Positions 9,234 through 19,952 of a stretch of DNA of 64,000 bases are shown piece after piece (position 1 is the stretch's first letter; each line of letters opens with the position of its first letter). Both the position numbers and the translations under genes were made by a program. The stretch covers positions 9,272 to 73,271 of the forward strand of contig CBEUVQ010000005.1 of the NCBI GenBank assembly GCA_965546615.1, in the 5' to 3' direction. The notes below the pieces were generated by a model. That model saw nothing but the letters and a program-made list of their open reading frames with translations. It did not search any database and was not told the origin of the DNA. This stretch comes from an uncultured Peptococcaceae bacterium. GTDB lineage: Bacteria > Bacillota > Desulfotomaculia > Desulfotomaculales > Desulfohalotomaculaceae.

Positions 9234-10964
9234 GTGTTAGATAAAAGGCTTGTTCATGAAGCGAAAAAAAACCGCAGTTTTTTGATACTGACCGTTTGTT
9301 TGGGGTTAGCCGCCGGTCTTTTGACGGTTCTGCAGGCAGGCTGTTTTGCCCATATAGTCAGTGAAGTGTTTATTCAAAAACAAAGTTTACATGCCGTTTG
9401 GCCGCTCATGCTGACACTTTTGGCAGTAATATTTTTACGGACACTCATTTCCTTCCTGAGCGAAGTTTTTGCTCAGCGCATTGCATCCCGCATCAAAGCA
9501 GAGCTGCGGCAAAAGCTGTTGGCTAAAATCTTCTCTCTGGGGCCTGCATATCTCAAAGGGGAGCGCACCGGCGAAATGGTCAATGCGCTGGTGGAAGGAA
9601 TTGAAACGCTGGAAGATTATTTTTCCCGTTACCTGCCGCAGCTGGCACTGGCAGCTCTGATACCGCTGCTTATTTTGATATTTGTTTTTCCGCGGGATTT
9701 AATGTCCGGTTTTCTTTTGCTAATTACCGCTCCGCTTATTCCAATCTTTATGATTTTAATCGGCAAATGGGCAGACAGCCTTACAAAAAAGCAGTGGGAA
9801 AGTTTAAGCCGCATGAGCGCCCATTTTCTTGACGTGCTGCAGGGGCTGACCACTTTAAAAATTTTCGGCCGCAGCAAAGCGCAAATTAAAATTATTGCCA
9901 GGGTAAGCGATGACTTTCGCCAGACCACATTGGGTGTGCTGCGCGTAGCCTTTCTTTCTGCTTTGGTGCTGGAGCTTGTTTCCACTGTCAGTACCGCGCT
10001 GGTGGCTGTGTCATTAGGTCTGCGCCTGGTTTACAGTTACATTACTTTTGAACAGGCTTTTTTTCTACTGCTGCTAACCCCTGAGTTTTACCTGCCGCTG
10101 CGTCGGCTGGGCAGCCAATTTCATGCCGGTCTTTCGGGAGTAAATGCAGCCAACCGCATATTTGAAGTGCTGGAAACACCTGTCTCAAAAGAAGCACGGC
10201 ATAAGCAGACTTCTCTTAGCGGCAAACCCATGCTGAATTTATCTTTTCACGATCTGCACTACGCTTACGATGATGGCAGGCGTAAGGCATTAAGCGGATT
10301 GACGTTTGAAGTACGTCACGGAGAACAGGTGGCACTGGTAGGAAAAAGCGGTTCGGGAAAAACTACCGCTGCCAACCTGCTGCTGCGCTTTATTGAACCG
10401 GACCACGGCGAAATAAAATTAAACGGCATTTCGCTGTCCCAAATTCCGGCTGATGAATGGCGGCGTTATGTGTCTTATGTTCCTCAGCACCCGTATCTTT
10501 TCTACGGCACAGTGAGGGAAAACATTCTTTTAGCCCAACCGGACGCATCCGAGGAGGAAATGACAGCTGCCGCCAAATTGGCAGGAGCGGATGAATTTAT
10601 CCGGCTGCTGCCGCAAGGTTACGATACCTTAATCGGCGAAGATGGTATTCGGTTGAGCGGGGGCCAAGCCAAGCGTATTGCCATTGCCCGAGCTTTCCTT
10701 AAAGATGCACCGCTTTTAATTTTGGATGAAGCGACGGCCGACTTAGACCCGGAAGCAGAAAATGAAATTGCAGATTCGCTGCAGCAGTTGATGCAAGGTC
10801 GCACAGTAATTATAATCGCCCACCGTCTTTCTACCGTAAAGCGTGCAGACCGCATTGTTGTTTTAGCAGACGGACAAGTGGTTGAAACAGGACGTCATGA
10901 AGAATTAATGAAGAATCAGGGAATGTACTATCGCTTAGTAACAGCTTATAAGGGGGCGGCATAA
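9234..10964 (+). CDS. cydD: thiol reductant ABC exporter subunit CydD
   Basis: ABC transmembrane domain plus NBD, with Walker A GKSGSGKTT, signature LSGGQAKR and Walker B LLILDEATA. I prefer GTG 9234 (VLDKRLV) as the start; the ORF track begins at 9177 without an SD. Confidence 0.85.
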   Translation: MLDKRLVHEAKKNRSFLILTVCLGLAAGLLTVLQAGCFAHIVSEVFIQKQSLHAVWPLMLTLLAVIFLRTLISFLSEVFAQRIASRIKAELRQKLLAKIFSLGPAYLKGERTGEMVNALVEGIETLEDYFSRYLPQLALAALIPLLILIFVFPRDLMSGFLLLITAPLIPIFMILIGKWADSLTKKQWESLSRMSAHFLDVLQGLTTLKIFGRSKAQIKIIARVSDDFRQTTLGVLRVAFLSALVLELVSTVSTALVAVSLGLRLVYSYITFEQAFFLLLLTPEFYLPLRRLGSQFHAGLSGVNAANRIFEVLETPVSKEARHKQTSLSGKPMLNLSFHDLHYAYDDGRRKALSGLTFEVRHGEQVALVGKSGSGKTTAANLLLRFIEPDHGEIKLNGISLSQIPADEWRRYVSYVPQHPYLFYGTVRENILLAQPDASEEEMTAAAKLAGADEFIRLLPQGYDTLIGEDGIRLSGGQAKRIAIARAFLKDAPLLILDEATADLDPEAENEIADSLQQLMQGRTVIIIAHRLSTVKRADRIVVLADGQVVETGRHEELMKNQGMYYRLVTAYKGAA

Positions 10965-12697
10965 TGGAACTGTTAGCGCTGTTAAAATTATTAGTTCCTA
11001 AATGGCGTTATATGCTTGCGGCAGTTCTTTTAGATGCATTAACAGTGGTCAGCAATGTCGGACTATTGGCTGCCGCCGCTCTGCTTATTTCCAAAGCTGC
11101 ACTGCACCCGCCGGTTTTATCATTAATGACACTGGTTGTCGGTGTCCGCTTTTTCGGCATTTCCCGGGCGGTATTCCGTTATTTAGAGCGCTACGTCAGT
11201 CATAACGTCACATTTCAGCTGCTGAAAGAAATAAGGGTTTGGTTTTACTCTCATTTGGAACCGTTAGCTCCAGCAGTTACCGGCAAGTATCACAGCGGCC
11301 AACTTTTCAGTCGAATAGTGACTGATGTCGAAACGTTAAAGGATTTTTATCTGCGGGTTTTATTACCACCTTTAACAGCTCTTTTGGTACTGGCAGGTGT
11401 GTTTATCTTCTTAGCCTGGTTTGAACTAAAATTAGCATTGATTGTCCTGTTATTTTTCTTATTGGCAGGCACGGCAGTACCACTTGCTGTAAAGTTTGCC
11501 GCCAGAGAAGTCGGCCGGCGCACCGTCGAAGTTAAATCAGCTTTAAACACACATCTGGTGGACTGCATTAAAGGAGTGACTGATATTACCGCCTTTGGGC
11601 AGGTTAATAAATATCAAGCAAAAGCTGTGGCATTAAGTCAGCGGCTGATCGCTCTGCAAAACCGCACAGCAGCATTTTTCAGTCTTTCCAATGCTTTAAC
11701 CGGATTGGCGATGAACCTCGCGCTGTGGTTGGTATTATTGGTATCCATTCCTTTGGTGAGCGCCGGCAGAATAGAAGGAGTTTGTCTGGCTATGCTGGCT
11801 TTAGCAGCTTTCGGCAGTTTTGAAGCAGTGCTTCCACTGCCGATGATGTTTCAGCACTTGGAAAAAACTCTGACATCAGCCGGCCGACTATTTAAGATAA
11901 TTAATACTAAGCCGCCGATTGAAGAGCCGACACACCCGCTTGACATACCGGATAATTTCAGTCTGCAAATTGAAAACCTAAGTTTTCGATACACTGAGGA
12001 TGATCGATGGGCTCTTAAAAATATAAACTTAAACCTTCCCGCCGGAGGAAAAATAGCAGTGATCGGTCCCAGCGGTTCGGGAAAAAGCACATTAATTAAC
12101 CTGCTGCTTCGTTTCTGGGATTATAAACAAGGCTCCATCCGCTTGGGAGGAAATGAATTAAAATTATACAATCAAGAAAATCTGCGCCAATATTTTGCAG
12201 TAGTAAGCCAACACACCCACCTTTTTAATGCCACTGTTTGGGAAAATCTGCTGCTGGCCAGACCAAAAGCCACCGCGGAAGAAGTTTATCAGGCAGCCAA
12301 AGACGCACAAATAGATGATTTTGTGCAAAGTCTTCCTCAAGGCTACGATACTTATATCGGTGAAGGGGGATTTAAACTTTCCGGTGGTCAGCGCCGACGT
12401 TTGGCGATTGCTCGGGCACTTTTAAAAGATGCTCCCATTCTGATTTTAGATGAACCCACTGCCGGGTTGGACGCCGTAACGGAAAAGAATATCCTCAAAA
12501 TACTGGAACGGGTAATGCAGGACAAAACGACGCTGGTAATTACTCACCGCCTAACCGGTTTAGAAAACATGGATCAAATTTTAGTGCTGAAGAACGGTCA
12601 AACAGCGGAACAAGGACGGGAAGAAGAATTGTTAAAGCGCAGAGGACTGTACTATCACATGAAGCAGCTGCAGCGTCAAATATTAATAAGTGAGTAA
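10964..12697 (+). CDS. cydC: thiol reductant ABC exporter subunit CydC
   Basis: ABC TMD plus NBD, with GPSGSGKST, LSGGQRRR and ILILDEPTA. Its ATG overlaps the cydD stop (TAATG). Confidence 0.85.
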   Translation: MELLALLKLLVPKWRYMLAAVLLDALTVVSNVGLLAAAALLISKAALHPPVLSLMTLVVGVRFFGISRAVFRYLERYVSHNVTFQLLKEIRVWFYSHLEPLAPAVTGKYHSGQLFSRIVTDVETLKDFYLRVLLPPLTALLVLAGVFIFLAWFELKLALIVLLFFLLAGTAVPLAVKFAAREVGRRTVEVKSALNTHLVDCIKGVTDITAFGQVNKYQAKAVALSQRLIALQNRTAAFFSLSNALTGLAMNLALWLVLLVSIPLVSAGRIEGVCLAMLALAAFGSFEAVLPLPMMFQHLEKTLTSAGRLFKIINTKPPIEEPTHPLDIPDNFSLQIENLSFRYTEDDRWALKNINLNLPAGGKIAVIGPSGSGKSTLINLLLRFWDYKQGSIRLGGNELKLYNQENLRQYFAVVSQHTHLFNATVWENLLLARPKATAEEVYQAAKDAQIDDFVQSLPQGYDTYIGEGGFKLSGGQRRRLAIARALLKDAPILILDEPTAGLDAVTEKNILKILERVMQDKTTLVITHRLTGLENMDQILVLKNGQTAEQGREEELLKRRGLYYHMKQLQRQILISE

Positions 12698-12710
12698 TTG
12701 TGACAAAACA

Positions 12711-12758
12711 AAAAACAAAGCTTCCGCGCAGCCGTTAAAGCCAGCGGAAGCTTTGTTT
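12711..12758. terminator. bidirectional intrinsic terminator between cydC and spoIVA
   Basis: An 11-bp stem AAAGCTTCCGC/GCGGAAGCTTT is flanked by an A-run on one side and TTTGTTT on the other. Confidence 0.8.
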
Positions 12759-12763
12759 ACTCT

Positions 12764-14242
12764 TTATATAATTATACAGATCAATCCACCACCACCGTCA
12801 TTTACTATGCGCTGCAGCGTTTCCTGCAGTTTAACCTGAGCATTTTCCGGCATGCGATGCAGTTTGTTTTGAATACCTTCCCTTACCAGATCATGAAGAC
12901 TTTTGCCAAAGATTTCGGAATTCCAAATTTTTTGCGGGTTATCATCAAATTCGTCAAGCATATAGCGCACCAATTCTTCACACTGCTTTTCAGTACCGAT
13001 AATAGGGGTGATTTCGGTGGTTATGTCTGCCCGGATAACATGCAGTGACGGTGCACTGGCTTTTAGTTTTACACCAAAGCGGCTGCCCTGACGAATCAAT
13101 TCCGGCTCTTCCAGATTCATCTCGTCAAGCCTTGGTGTCACCACACCGTAACCATTCTCGCGAACTTCTTCAAAAGCTTCAGCCACTTTATCCCATTCCC
13201 GCTTAGATACCGCAAAATCGCGCATCAAGCGGAAAATTTCAGCTTCGCCTTTAATTTCATAACCTGTTTCCTCAGTGAGCACTTTGTAAAACAGATCTTT
13301 TTTGCCTACCATTTCAATGCTGGCAAAACCGGTACCCATATCCATACTGAGCAGATTAACTTGTTCAACAAAGTCGTAATCGGCCAGAGCTTCCACCGCC
13401 GTTTCGATGTCACGCAGTCTGCGCACATGATGAACAGTGGTTTTGACAGCCTCTTCAAATTTATCCCGCAGCCAGTGTTTGCTTTCCAGTTCTTCAATCC
13501 AACTTGGCAGGTTAATACTCACTTCATTTACCGGGAATTCAAAAAGAACTTGTTCCAGTATGTAAAGAATATCTTCTTGACTTAATTCTGCTGCATTAAC
13601 CGGTAATACAGGAACGTCATACTTTTCCTGCAGGCTTTCAACCAGATTTAAAACATCCTCGGAATTAGGCCGAATACTGTTCATTAAAACCACAAAAGGT
13701 TTGCCTAATTCTTTAAGTTCTTCCACCACCCGTTCTTCAGCTTCTACATAATCCTCACGATTAATGTCAGTTATTGAGCCATCGGTAGTTACCACCACAC
13801 CAATTGTTGAATGCTCGGATATAACTTTGCGCGTGCCGATTTCTGCTGCCTCTTGGAAAGGAATGGGTTCTTCAAACCATGGTGTGGTCACCATCCTCGG
13901 TCCGTCCTCTTCTTCGTAGCCCAGCGCCCCTTCCACCCGATAACCGACACAATCAACCAAACGCATTTTAACCTGCAGGCCAGGGCTGATGGTTATATCG
14001 ACAGCCTCATTCGGTACAAATTTAGGTTCGGTGGTCATAATTGTACGGCCTGCACCGCTTTGAGGTAATTCATCTTTGGCACGTTCTCTTTCATGAGTGT
14101 TTTTAATATTGGGAAGAACAGTTAAATCCATAAACCTTTTTATAAATGTAGACTTGCCGGTACGCACACCACCGACTACGCCCAAATAAATATCTCCTCC
14201 GGTACGTTCCGCAATATCACGGAAAAGATCTATTTTTTCCAT
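12764..14242 (-). CDS. spoIVA: stage IV sporulation protein A
   Basis: MEKIDLFRDIAERTGGDIYLGVVGGVRTGKSTFIKRF is the conserved SpoIVA Walker A N-terminus, and the protein is full length. ATG 14242 has an AGGAGGG SD. Confidence 0.95.
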   Translation of the reverse strand: MEKIDLFRDIAERTGGDIYLGVVGGVRTGKSTFIKRFMDLTVLPNIKNTHERERAKDELPQSGAGRTIMTTEPKFVPNEAVDITISPGLQVKMRLVDCVGYRVEGALGYEEEDGPRMVTTPWFEEPIPFQEAAEIGTRKVISEHSTIGVVVTTDGSITDINREDYVEAEERVVEELKELGKPFVVLMNSIRPNSEDVLNLVESLQEKYDVPVLPVNAAELSQEDILYILEQVLFEFPVNEVSINLPSWIEELESKHWLRDKFEEAVKTTVHHVRRLRDIETAVEALADYDFVEQVNLLSMDMGTGFASIEMVGKKDLFYKVLTEETGYEIKGEAEIFRLMRDFAVSKREWDKVAEAFEEVRENGYGVVTPRLDEMNLEEPELIRQGSRFGVKLKASAPSLHVIRADITTEITPIIGTEKQCEELVRYMLDEFDDNPQKIWNSEIFGKSLHDLVREGIQNKLHRMPENAQVKLQETLQRIVNDGGGGLICIII

Positions 14243-14590
14243 GCACACGCTCCCTCCTTTATAAATTATATATAATATAAATCCTTATAGTTTTTATCGT
14301 AGATATAAAATCGCGCATCCCTCCTCCGCCAGCAATGAGGTTATCCGGCGTCGGGCAGTCCCGTAAAAGTGTATTTTTTTCCAGCTGCATACAATAACAC
14401 TATATATATATGACCGGTTAATAAAAATATGACGAGCCTGATGCAAAAAATTATTTTTATAAGCACTGGTTAATTCTATGATGGTTAGTAGTAAAAAAAT
14501 GACAATAAATAGATTTTTTTATACCAATTTATTCTTCCATATTGTGGAACACTATTAAGCCTTATCCCATAAACTAAAGGAATAAACCGG

Positions 14591-14641
14591 CAAAGAAAAA
14601 AGTGCCTTTAAGCATAAGTAATAAACTTATGCCAGGCACTT
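14591..14641 (-). terminator. terminator-like compound hairpin, which could alternatively be a MarR operator palindrome
   Basis: AAGTGCCT..GCATAAGT-AATAA-ACTTATGC..AGGCACTT forms the hairpin. On the minus strand it is followed by TTTTCTTTG. It lies just upstream of the plus-strand MarR ORF. Confidence 0.45.
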
Positions 14642-14663
14642 CTACGACATTCTTAATGTAGAG

Positions 14664-15248
14664 GTGGTTATTTTGAAATGCAAAAACACATCCCACCCAA
14701 CGCATAACCAGGCAAATGAGCAGGCAGCAGCATCTTTGCTGAGGCATCATCCTTGTCCTCATGACCCGAAGCTATTGCAAAGTCTGCAGATTTTAATGTA
14801 TTTAAGACGTCTTTATCACAGCCTGGATGTGATGTGGGAAAAAGAGTTAATCAAATTCAACCTCACTCCGGCTCAGCTGATCAGCCTTTTCACCGTTATT
14901 ACAAATGAGGGACTGTCAATGAGCAAATTAGCGGAGCTGTGCCTGTGGAATCGCTCAACAGCCAGCCGCATTGCCCGTTCACTACAAAAAAAAGAATTGA
15001 TCACAATAAGCCAAGCGGACGGTAAGACATCGGCCTTAAGATCTACCTCCACGGGCCAAAGTCTTGCCGCCCGATATATAGCTGAAAGAGCCGGAGAGTT
15101 TGCTCAAAGCTTAGCAATTATCAGTGAGGAAGCGGAAAAAAGCAGCGATGTTTATCAATGGCTGAAAACTTGCATTATACAGTTAGTTGGCCAAGAAGCA
15201 GCTGATTACGTAGAATCTACTTGTAAAAATTTTAAAATGTCCACTTAA
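14664..15248 (+). CDS. MarR family transcriptional regulator
   Basis: A winged-HTH pattern is present: [47 protein letters not shown]. The start is uncertain (GTG 14664, or TTG 14673 with an AGAGGTGG SD). The 3' end overlaps the gpsA 3' end. Confidence 0.7.
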   Translation: MVILKCKNTSHPTHNQANEQAAASLLRHHPCPHDPKLLQSLQILMYLRRLYHSLDVMWEKELIKFNLTPAQLISLFTVITNEGLSMSKLAELCLWNRSTASRIARSLQKKELITISQADGKTSALRSTSTGQSLAARYIAERAGEFAQSLAIISEEAEKSSDVYQWLKTCIIQLVGQEAADYVESTCKNFKMST

Positions 15249-16266
15249 CCAGGGCTACCTCTTCGATTTCCGGTTTGCTGCTGCGCCCCATCAAATCCAT
15301 TACTACCTCCCGTGCTGGGTAACCGGCAAAGAGAACTTTGTAGCTTAACTCTGTAATCGGCATTTCTATGCCGAACCGGGCGGCCAAATCTTTGGCCGCC
15401 TTGGTAGTTCTTACTCCTTCTACCACCATGTTTACACTGGCTACAGCCTGTTCCAAATTCTTACCCTTACCGATTTCTATACCAGCGCGGCGATTGCGGC
15501 TGTGCATACTGGTACAAGTAACAATTAAATCTCCCAGCCCGGCCAAGCCGGCAAAGGTTAGCGGTACTGCGCCCATAGCCGCACCCAATCTTGTAATTTC
15601 TGCCAATCCCCGAGTCATTAATGCTGCTTTAGTATTATCGCCAAAACCCAATCCATCTGCCACACCGGTTGCCAGTGCAATGATGTTCTTTAAAGCACCG
15701 CCAAGTTCTACACCTACTACATCAGGATTGGTATAAATCCTCATAACGTTAGACATAAATAAATCCTGCACAAACTCAGCTTTATTGGTATCTTTGGAAG
15801 CCGCCACTATTGCCGTTGGAATATTTCGGCCCACTTCTTCCGCATGACTGGGACCGGAAAAAGCAACGTAACGGTTTAATTGATTTTCTCCCGCCACTTC
15901 GGCAAAAACTTCTGACATCCGTTTTAAAGTACCTTCCTCAATACCTTTGGCTACATTGATAACCACCGCATCATCCGGTAAATCAGGCAGTGTTTTTATT
16001 AAAGTCTCTCTAAAAGCATGAGAAGGCACGCTGTATATCACTGCTTTGGTACAAGCAAGCACTTCTTTTAAATTAACAGTGGCAGTTATTTTTTCCGGAA
16101 TACTTATTCCCGGCAAATAGCGAGGGTTTTCCCGCTGTTCATTGATACTTTTCACTGTTTTTTCATCGCGGGCCCATATTTTAACATCACATTCTTTTTT
16201 TGCCAGCTGAACAGCCAGTGCTGTTCCCCAACTTCCCGCACCAATAACAGCAACAGCTTTTTTCAT
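15232..16266 (-). CDS. gpsA: NAD(P)H-dependent glycerol-3-phosphate dehydrogenase
   Basis: 344 aa. It has the [12 protein letters not shown] Rossmann motif and the conserved GALKN and GLGDL segments. Confidence 0.95.
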   Translation of the reverse strand: MKKAVAVIGAGSWGTALAVQLAKKECDVKIWARDEKTVKSINEQRENPRYLPGISIPEKITATVNLKEVLACTKAVIYSVPSHAFRETLIKTLPDLPDDAVVINVAKGIEEGTLKRMSEVFAEVAGENQLNRYVAFSGPSHAEEVGRNIPTAIVAASKDTNKAEFVQDLFMSNVMRIYTNPDVVGVELGGALKNIIALATGVADGLGFGDNTKAALMTRGLAEITRLGAAMGAVPLTFAGLAGLGDLIVTCTSMHSRNRRAGIEIGKGKNLEQAVASVNMVVEGVRTTKAAKDLAARFGIEMPITELSYKVLFAGYPAREVVMDLMGRSSKPEIEEVALVKWTF

Positions 16267-16269
16267 TAT

Positions 16270-16881
16270 TTACCCCCTCCCATGATTATCTTTTTTTATG
16301 CACACTTTAAATTCCGTTCCGTTAATGATCCGTTGAATGTTGGAACGGTGCCGATAAATCGCAAAGGCCGCAACTAATACCGCAAATACTTGATAAGGCA
16401 AGTCCATATTTAACAAAAAGAAGGCAGTTGGTACCGTAATTGCTGCCATCATCGAACTCAGTGAAACATAGCGAAACAGTGCCAAAAAGACAAGGAAAAC
16501 TGTTAAGGCAGCCATTCCGGTCAGCGGAGAAAAGGCAAAGATAACCCCTCCACCGGTGGCAACTATTTTGCCGCCTTTAAATCTCAAAAAGGCAGAATAA
16601 CTATGACCTAAAAGCGCACCAACCGCGGCAGCTATTTCCACACCTGTACCACCAAAGCAGTAACGGGCAATCAACACCGGCACCAGCCCTTTAGCGAAAT
16701 CAACAATCAGCACCATTATTCCCGCAGTGGATCCCAGTGTTCGCCAAACGTTGGTAGTACCGATATTTCCACTCCCGTACTGTCGAATATCAATTCCTTT
16801 CCAGCAGCGAGCCAAAATATACCCGGTCGGTATGGAGCCTAAAATATATCCAATTACAAGTGTAATGAAAATATTGAACAC
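16270..16881 (-). CDS. plsY: glycerol-3-phosphate acyltransferase PlsY
   Basis: 203-aa membrane protein with the motifs GSGNIGTTNVWR and FKGGKIVATGGG. Confidence 0.92.
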   Translation of the reverse strand: MFNIFITLVIGYILGSIPTGYILARCWKGIDIRQYGSGNIGTTNVWRTLGSTAGIMVLIVDFAKGLVPVLIARYCFGGTGVEIAAAVGALLGHSYSAFLRFKGGKIVATGGGVIFAFSPLTGMAALTVFLVFLALFRYVSLSSMMAAITVPTAFFLLNMDLPYQVFAVLVAAFAIYRHRSNIQRIINGTEFKVCIKKDNHGRG

Positions 16882-16898
16882 GAGCTTCCTCCAAAAAA

Positions 16899-18224
16899 CT
16901 ATTCTTCTTGGTCGCGCTTGCGAAAAACAAAGCGTATCGGCGTACCTTCAAACCCATATGAAGAACGGAAAAAGTTTTCCAGATAGCGCTTATACGAGAA
17001 GTGCATTAATTCCGGATCATTAACAAAAAAGATAAATGTTGGCGGTGCAACACCGGTTTGGACAGTGTAAAGTATTTTTAAACGCCTGCCTTTATCAGTA
17101 GGCGGAGGATTTTGCTGTACCGCTTCCCGAACTAACTGATTTAAACTGCTGGTAGCAATTCTCAAATTATGCTGTTCAGAAACATAATCTACCAGTTCCA
17201 AGATTTTCGGCACTCTTTTTTTGGTCAGTGCAGAAATATAGATAGTCGGTGCATACTGAATGAAACCAAGCGCTTCTCTTATTTGCTCGTTGTAACGAAG
17301 GATGGTTTTATCATCCTTTTTAATTAAATCCCATTTGTTAATCACCAAGATAATCGCTCTGCCTTTTTCTTCCGCATAACCGACAATGCGTTTATCCTGC
17401 TCGGTAACACCATCCTCTGCATCAATAACCATTAACACCACATCAGAGCGATCCACCGCCCGCAGCGAGCGAATAACACTATAGCGTTCAGTAGGTTCTT
17501 CAATGCGCTTACGACGACGCATCCCCGCAGTGTCAATAAGCACATAGTGTTTGCCGTCCCTCTCAATAAAAGTGTCAATGGCATCTCTGGTGGTGCCGGG
17601 AATATTGCTGACAATTACCCTTTCTTCACCACAAACAGCATTAACTAATGTAGATTTACCAACATTAGGACGACCGATTACCGCAATTTTAATTACGTCT
17701 TTATCATACTCTTCCTGCTGGATCGGTGGTAACAGTTCAACTACTTTATCCAGCAGTTCGCCGGTATTCATGCCTTCAGAAGCAGAAACCGGCAAAGGTT
17801 CACCCAGCCCCAGTTCAAAGAAATCATAATAAGGAATGGCAGCAGCATCAAAATTCTCTACTTTATTTGCTACCAGTAAAACCGGCTTATTTGTCCTTCT
17901 CAGCACAGCCGCAACATCACGATCAGTAGGGCTGATGCCGGCCCGAGCATCTACCACAAACAAAATTACATCAGCCTCTTTGATGGCCAGCTCTGCCTGC
18001 TGCCTAACGTGAGCGGTAAAATCATCAATTTCATTGAACTCAATTCCGCCGGTATCGATGACGGTAAATGCACGCCCATTCCAATCAGCATCGTGATACA
18101 ATCGGTCTCTTGTCACGCCGGGCTGATCTTCAACAATTGCCACCCGCCCGCGAATAATGCGATTAAACAGGGTAGATTTGCCAACATTAGGGCGGCCAAC
18201 AATGGCCACGATTGGTTTCGGCAA
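16899..18224 (-). CDS. der: ribosome biogenesis GTPase Der (EngA)
   Basis: Two tandem GTPase domains are present ([12 protein letters not shown] and [12 protein letters not shown]) followed by a KH-like C-terminus. Confidence 0.95.
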   Translation of the reverse strand: MPKPIVAIVGRPNVGKSTLFNRIIRGRVAIVEDQPGVTRDRLYHDADWNGRAFTVIDTGGIEFNEIDDFTAHVRQQAELAIKEADVILFVVDARAGISPTDRDVAAVLRRTNKPVLLVANKVENFDAAAIPYYDFFELGLGEPLPVSASEGMNTGELLDKVVELLPPIQQEEYDKDVIKIAVIGRPNVGKSTLVNAVCGEERVIVSNIPGTTRDAIDTFIERDGKHYVLIDTAGMRRRKRIEEPTERYSVIRSLRAVDRSDVVLMVIDAEDGVTEQDKRIVGYAEEKGRAIILVINKWDLIKKDDKTILRYNEQIREALGFIQYAPTIYISALTKKRVPKILELVDYVSEQHNLRIATSSLNQLVREAVQQNPPPTDKGRRLKILYTVQTGVAPPTFIFFVNDPELMHFSYKRYLENFFRSSYGFEGTPIRFVFRKRDQEE

Positions 18225-18362
18225 ATCAGTTCACAACCTTTCCCTTAAGATTATAGAAAAACTTGGCTTGCGTCGAATTTTAAAAACAATCGACGAAAAC
18301 CGCAATTTTACACTGTAATTGGTAATATATGCTAGTTTAAGTTTGCACTTAATTCAACTGTT

Positions 18363-19673
18363 TTAACCCTTTGTTATCATTTTAATGAAATCATACGGGG
18401 TATCAATCGACAGTATCCTTACGTTTAATTTTCTTTCCACCTCATCAACTGTGATATCATCCAAAAAAATATTTTCCGTTTGATCTTTAAGCATTGCATG
18501 AGGAATAAGCAGCAGTTCGCCTAAATCCCTGCCCTCCAGATGCTGCAGCAAATCAGTACCCGTTAAAAGCCCCGCTACCGTCACCGTTTCCCCGAAAAAG
18601 CGATTGGGCACGCAGTAAAGCGTAATATCAAGCCCTTCAATTTGGTTTAACCTTTCAATTATCGGCTTGATAAAGCCGTAAGCTGAAACTCCGGTGACAG
18701 CGGAAACCTTTTTCGGTTGATCAAGTTTCAACGGCAGATGCCGTTCTGCATCTGCCCATTGGTCCAAAAATATTCTGGTCATACCTACGCCGTTTTCAAT
18801 CTGAGGATAATCTGCATAATATTCATCCGGCGGAATAGCCACATCTGCTTCAATATAAAATTCATCAGAAGCAAACACAAATGGATAGTCAAATTCAGCC
18901 AAAAATCGCTGCTGCATCTTTTCAATTTGTTTTACTACCGCTAATGCTTCTTGCCGGTTAAATACCCGAACAGATGCCAATCCCTCCCGGTATTTAGTCA
19001 AACCGACCGGCACTACTGCCAGCGACCTTACCTGAGGCCAAAATTGAGATAATTCGTTTATCGTGCGCTCCAACTCTTTGCCGTCATTTACGCCCGGAAC
19101 CAGCACTACTTGTGTATGCATTTCAATACCGGCTGCCGCCAGCGCATTGAGCTGGTTCATAATATCGGCCGCTTTCGGGTTGGTCATCATCTTTCTTCTC
19201 AGCTCGGGGTTAGTGGTATGTACCGAAACATATAACGGGCTCAACTTCTGATTTATAATGCGCTGAAGTTCGGCATCGCTGATATTGGTCAGCGTAACAA
19301 AACTGGCGTTTAAAAAAGAAGTGCGGTAGTCGTCATCTTTTACATACAATGATTTGCGCATATTTGGCGGCATTTGATCGACAAAACAAAAGATGCATTT
19401 GTTGCGGCACCTTTTCAAGCCGCCTAAAGTATCATCGCCAAATTCCAGTCCTAAATCTTCCCCAAAGTCTTTTTCTATTTCCATCAACCATTCTTCACCA
19501 TCAGTGGTTACTAATTTAACAGTTATTTCATCATCTGCGGTGAGAAAACGGTAATCGATAATATCATTAACCTTTTGACCGTTAATTTCGACAACTCTGT
19601 CGCCAGGATTAATTTCCAGTTCTTCTGCTATGCTGTTTGGTTTAATGTCATATACTTCCAATCCTTCTGCCAT
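18363..19673 (-). CDS. DUF512 domain-containing protein (PDZ plus radical-SAM-like core)
   Basis: The N-terminus has a PDZ-like segment (INPGDRVVEINGQKV) and the core has a CRNKCIFC CxxxCxxC motif. The likely start is ATG 19673 with a GGAGGAAG SD. Confidence 0.8.
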   Translation of the reverse strand: MAEGLEVYDIKPNSIAEELEINPGDRVVEINGQKVNDIIDYRFLTADDEITVKLVTTDGEEWLMEIEKDFGEDLGLEFGDDTLGGLKRCRNKCIFCFVDQMPPNMRKSLYVKDDDYRTSFLNASFVTLTNISDAELQRIINQKLSPLYVSVHTTNPELRRKMMTNPKAADIMNQLNALAAAGIEMHTQVVLVPGVNDGKELERTINELSQFWPQVRSLAVVPVGLTKYREGLASVRVFNRQEALAVVKQIEKMQQRFLAEFDYPFVFASDEFYIEADVAIPPDEYYADYPQIENGVGMTRIFLDQWADAERHLPLKLDQPKKVSAVTGVSAYGFIKPIIERLNQIEGLDITLYCVPNRFFGETVTVAGLLTGTDLLQHLEGRDLGELLLIPHAMLKDQTENIFLDDITVDEVERKLNVRILSIDTPYDFIKMITKG

Positions 19674-19731
19674 AACTTCCTCCATTCATTACTTCATAAA
19701 TTATCTAACACCTGGCAAAATTAGTCAAGCA

Positions 19732-19923
19732 CTAGTGCTTAACTATTATTAATGTCCGCGGTGTAATTTCATGAACCATAGCATCTAAAATATTGGCCAT
19801 CCGTCCGGCCATTTCTTGCATTTCATCTTCATTTTTGACATAAAAAATCGGCATTCCACCACCAACCTCGTCATTATCAGTGGTAATCGCCGCTAAAATT
19901 ACACCGTTAATTTCTGTAGTCAT
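19732..19923 (-). CDS. small 63-aa protein, probably the capping complex subunit for YIEGIA
   Basis: It lies immediately downstream of the YIEGIA gene (29-nt gap) on the same strand. I recognise this small-partner arrangement from protein-family naming. The sequence itself has no informative motif. Confidence 0.55.
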   Translation of the reverse strand: MTTEINGVILAAITTDNDEVGGGMPIFYVKNEDEMQEMAGRMANILDAMVHEITPRTLIIVKH

Positions 19924-19952
19924 CTTTGTACACCTCGTTAATTTTCAAGATG

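Noticed and set aside
14361-14400. A sigma-E-like -10 box CATACAAT in the spoIVA upstream region.
   Set aside because: It is on the plus strand, pointing away from spoIVA. It lacks a matching -35 (kmATAww) at the right spacing. I could not identify a convincing minus-strand sigma-E promoter by eye, so none is annotated.
18270-18300. The hairpin CGTCGA-loop-TCGACG after the DUF512 gene as a terminator.
   Set aside because: It has only a 6-bp stem with a 13-nt loop and a weak U-tract, so it is insufficient.
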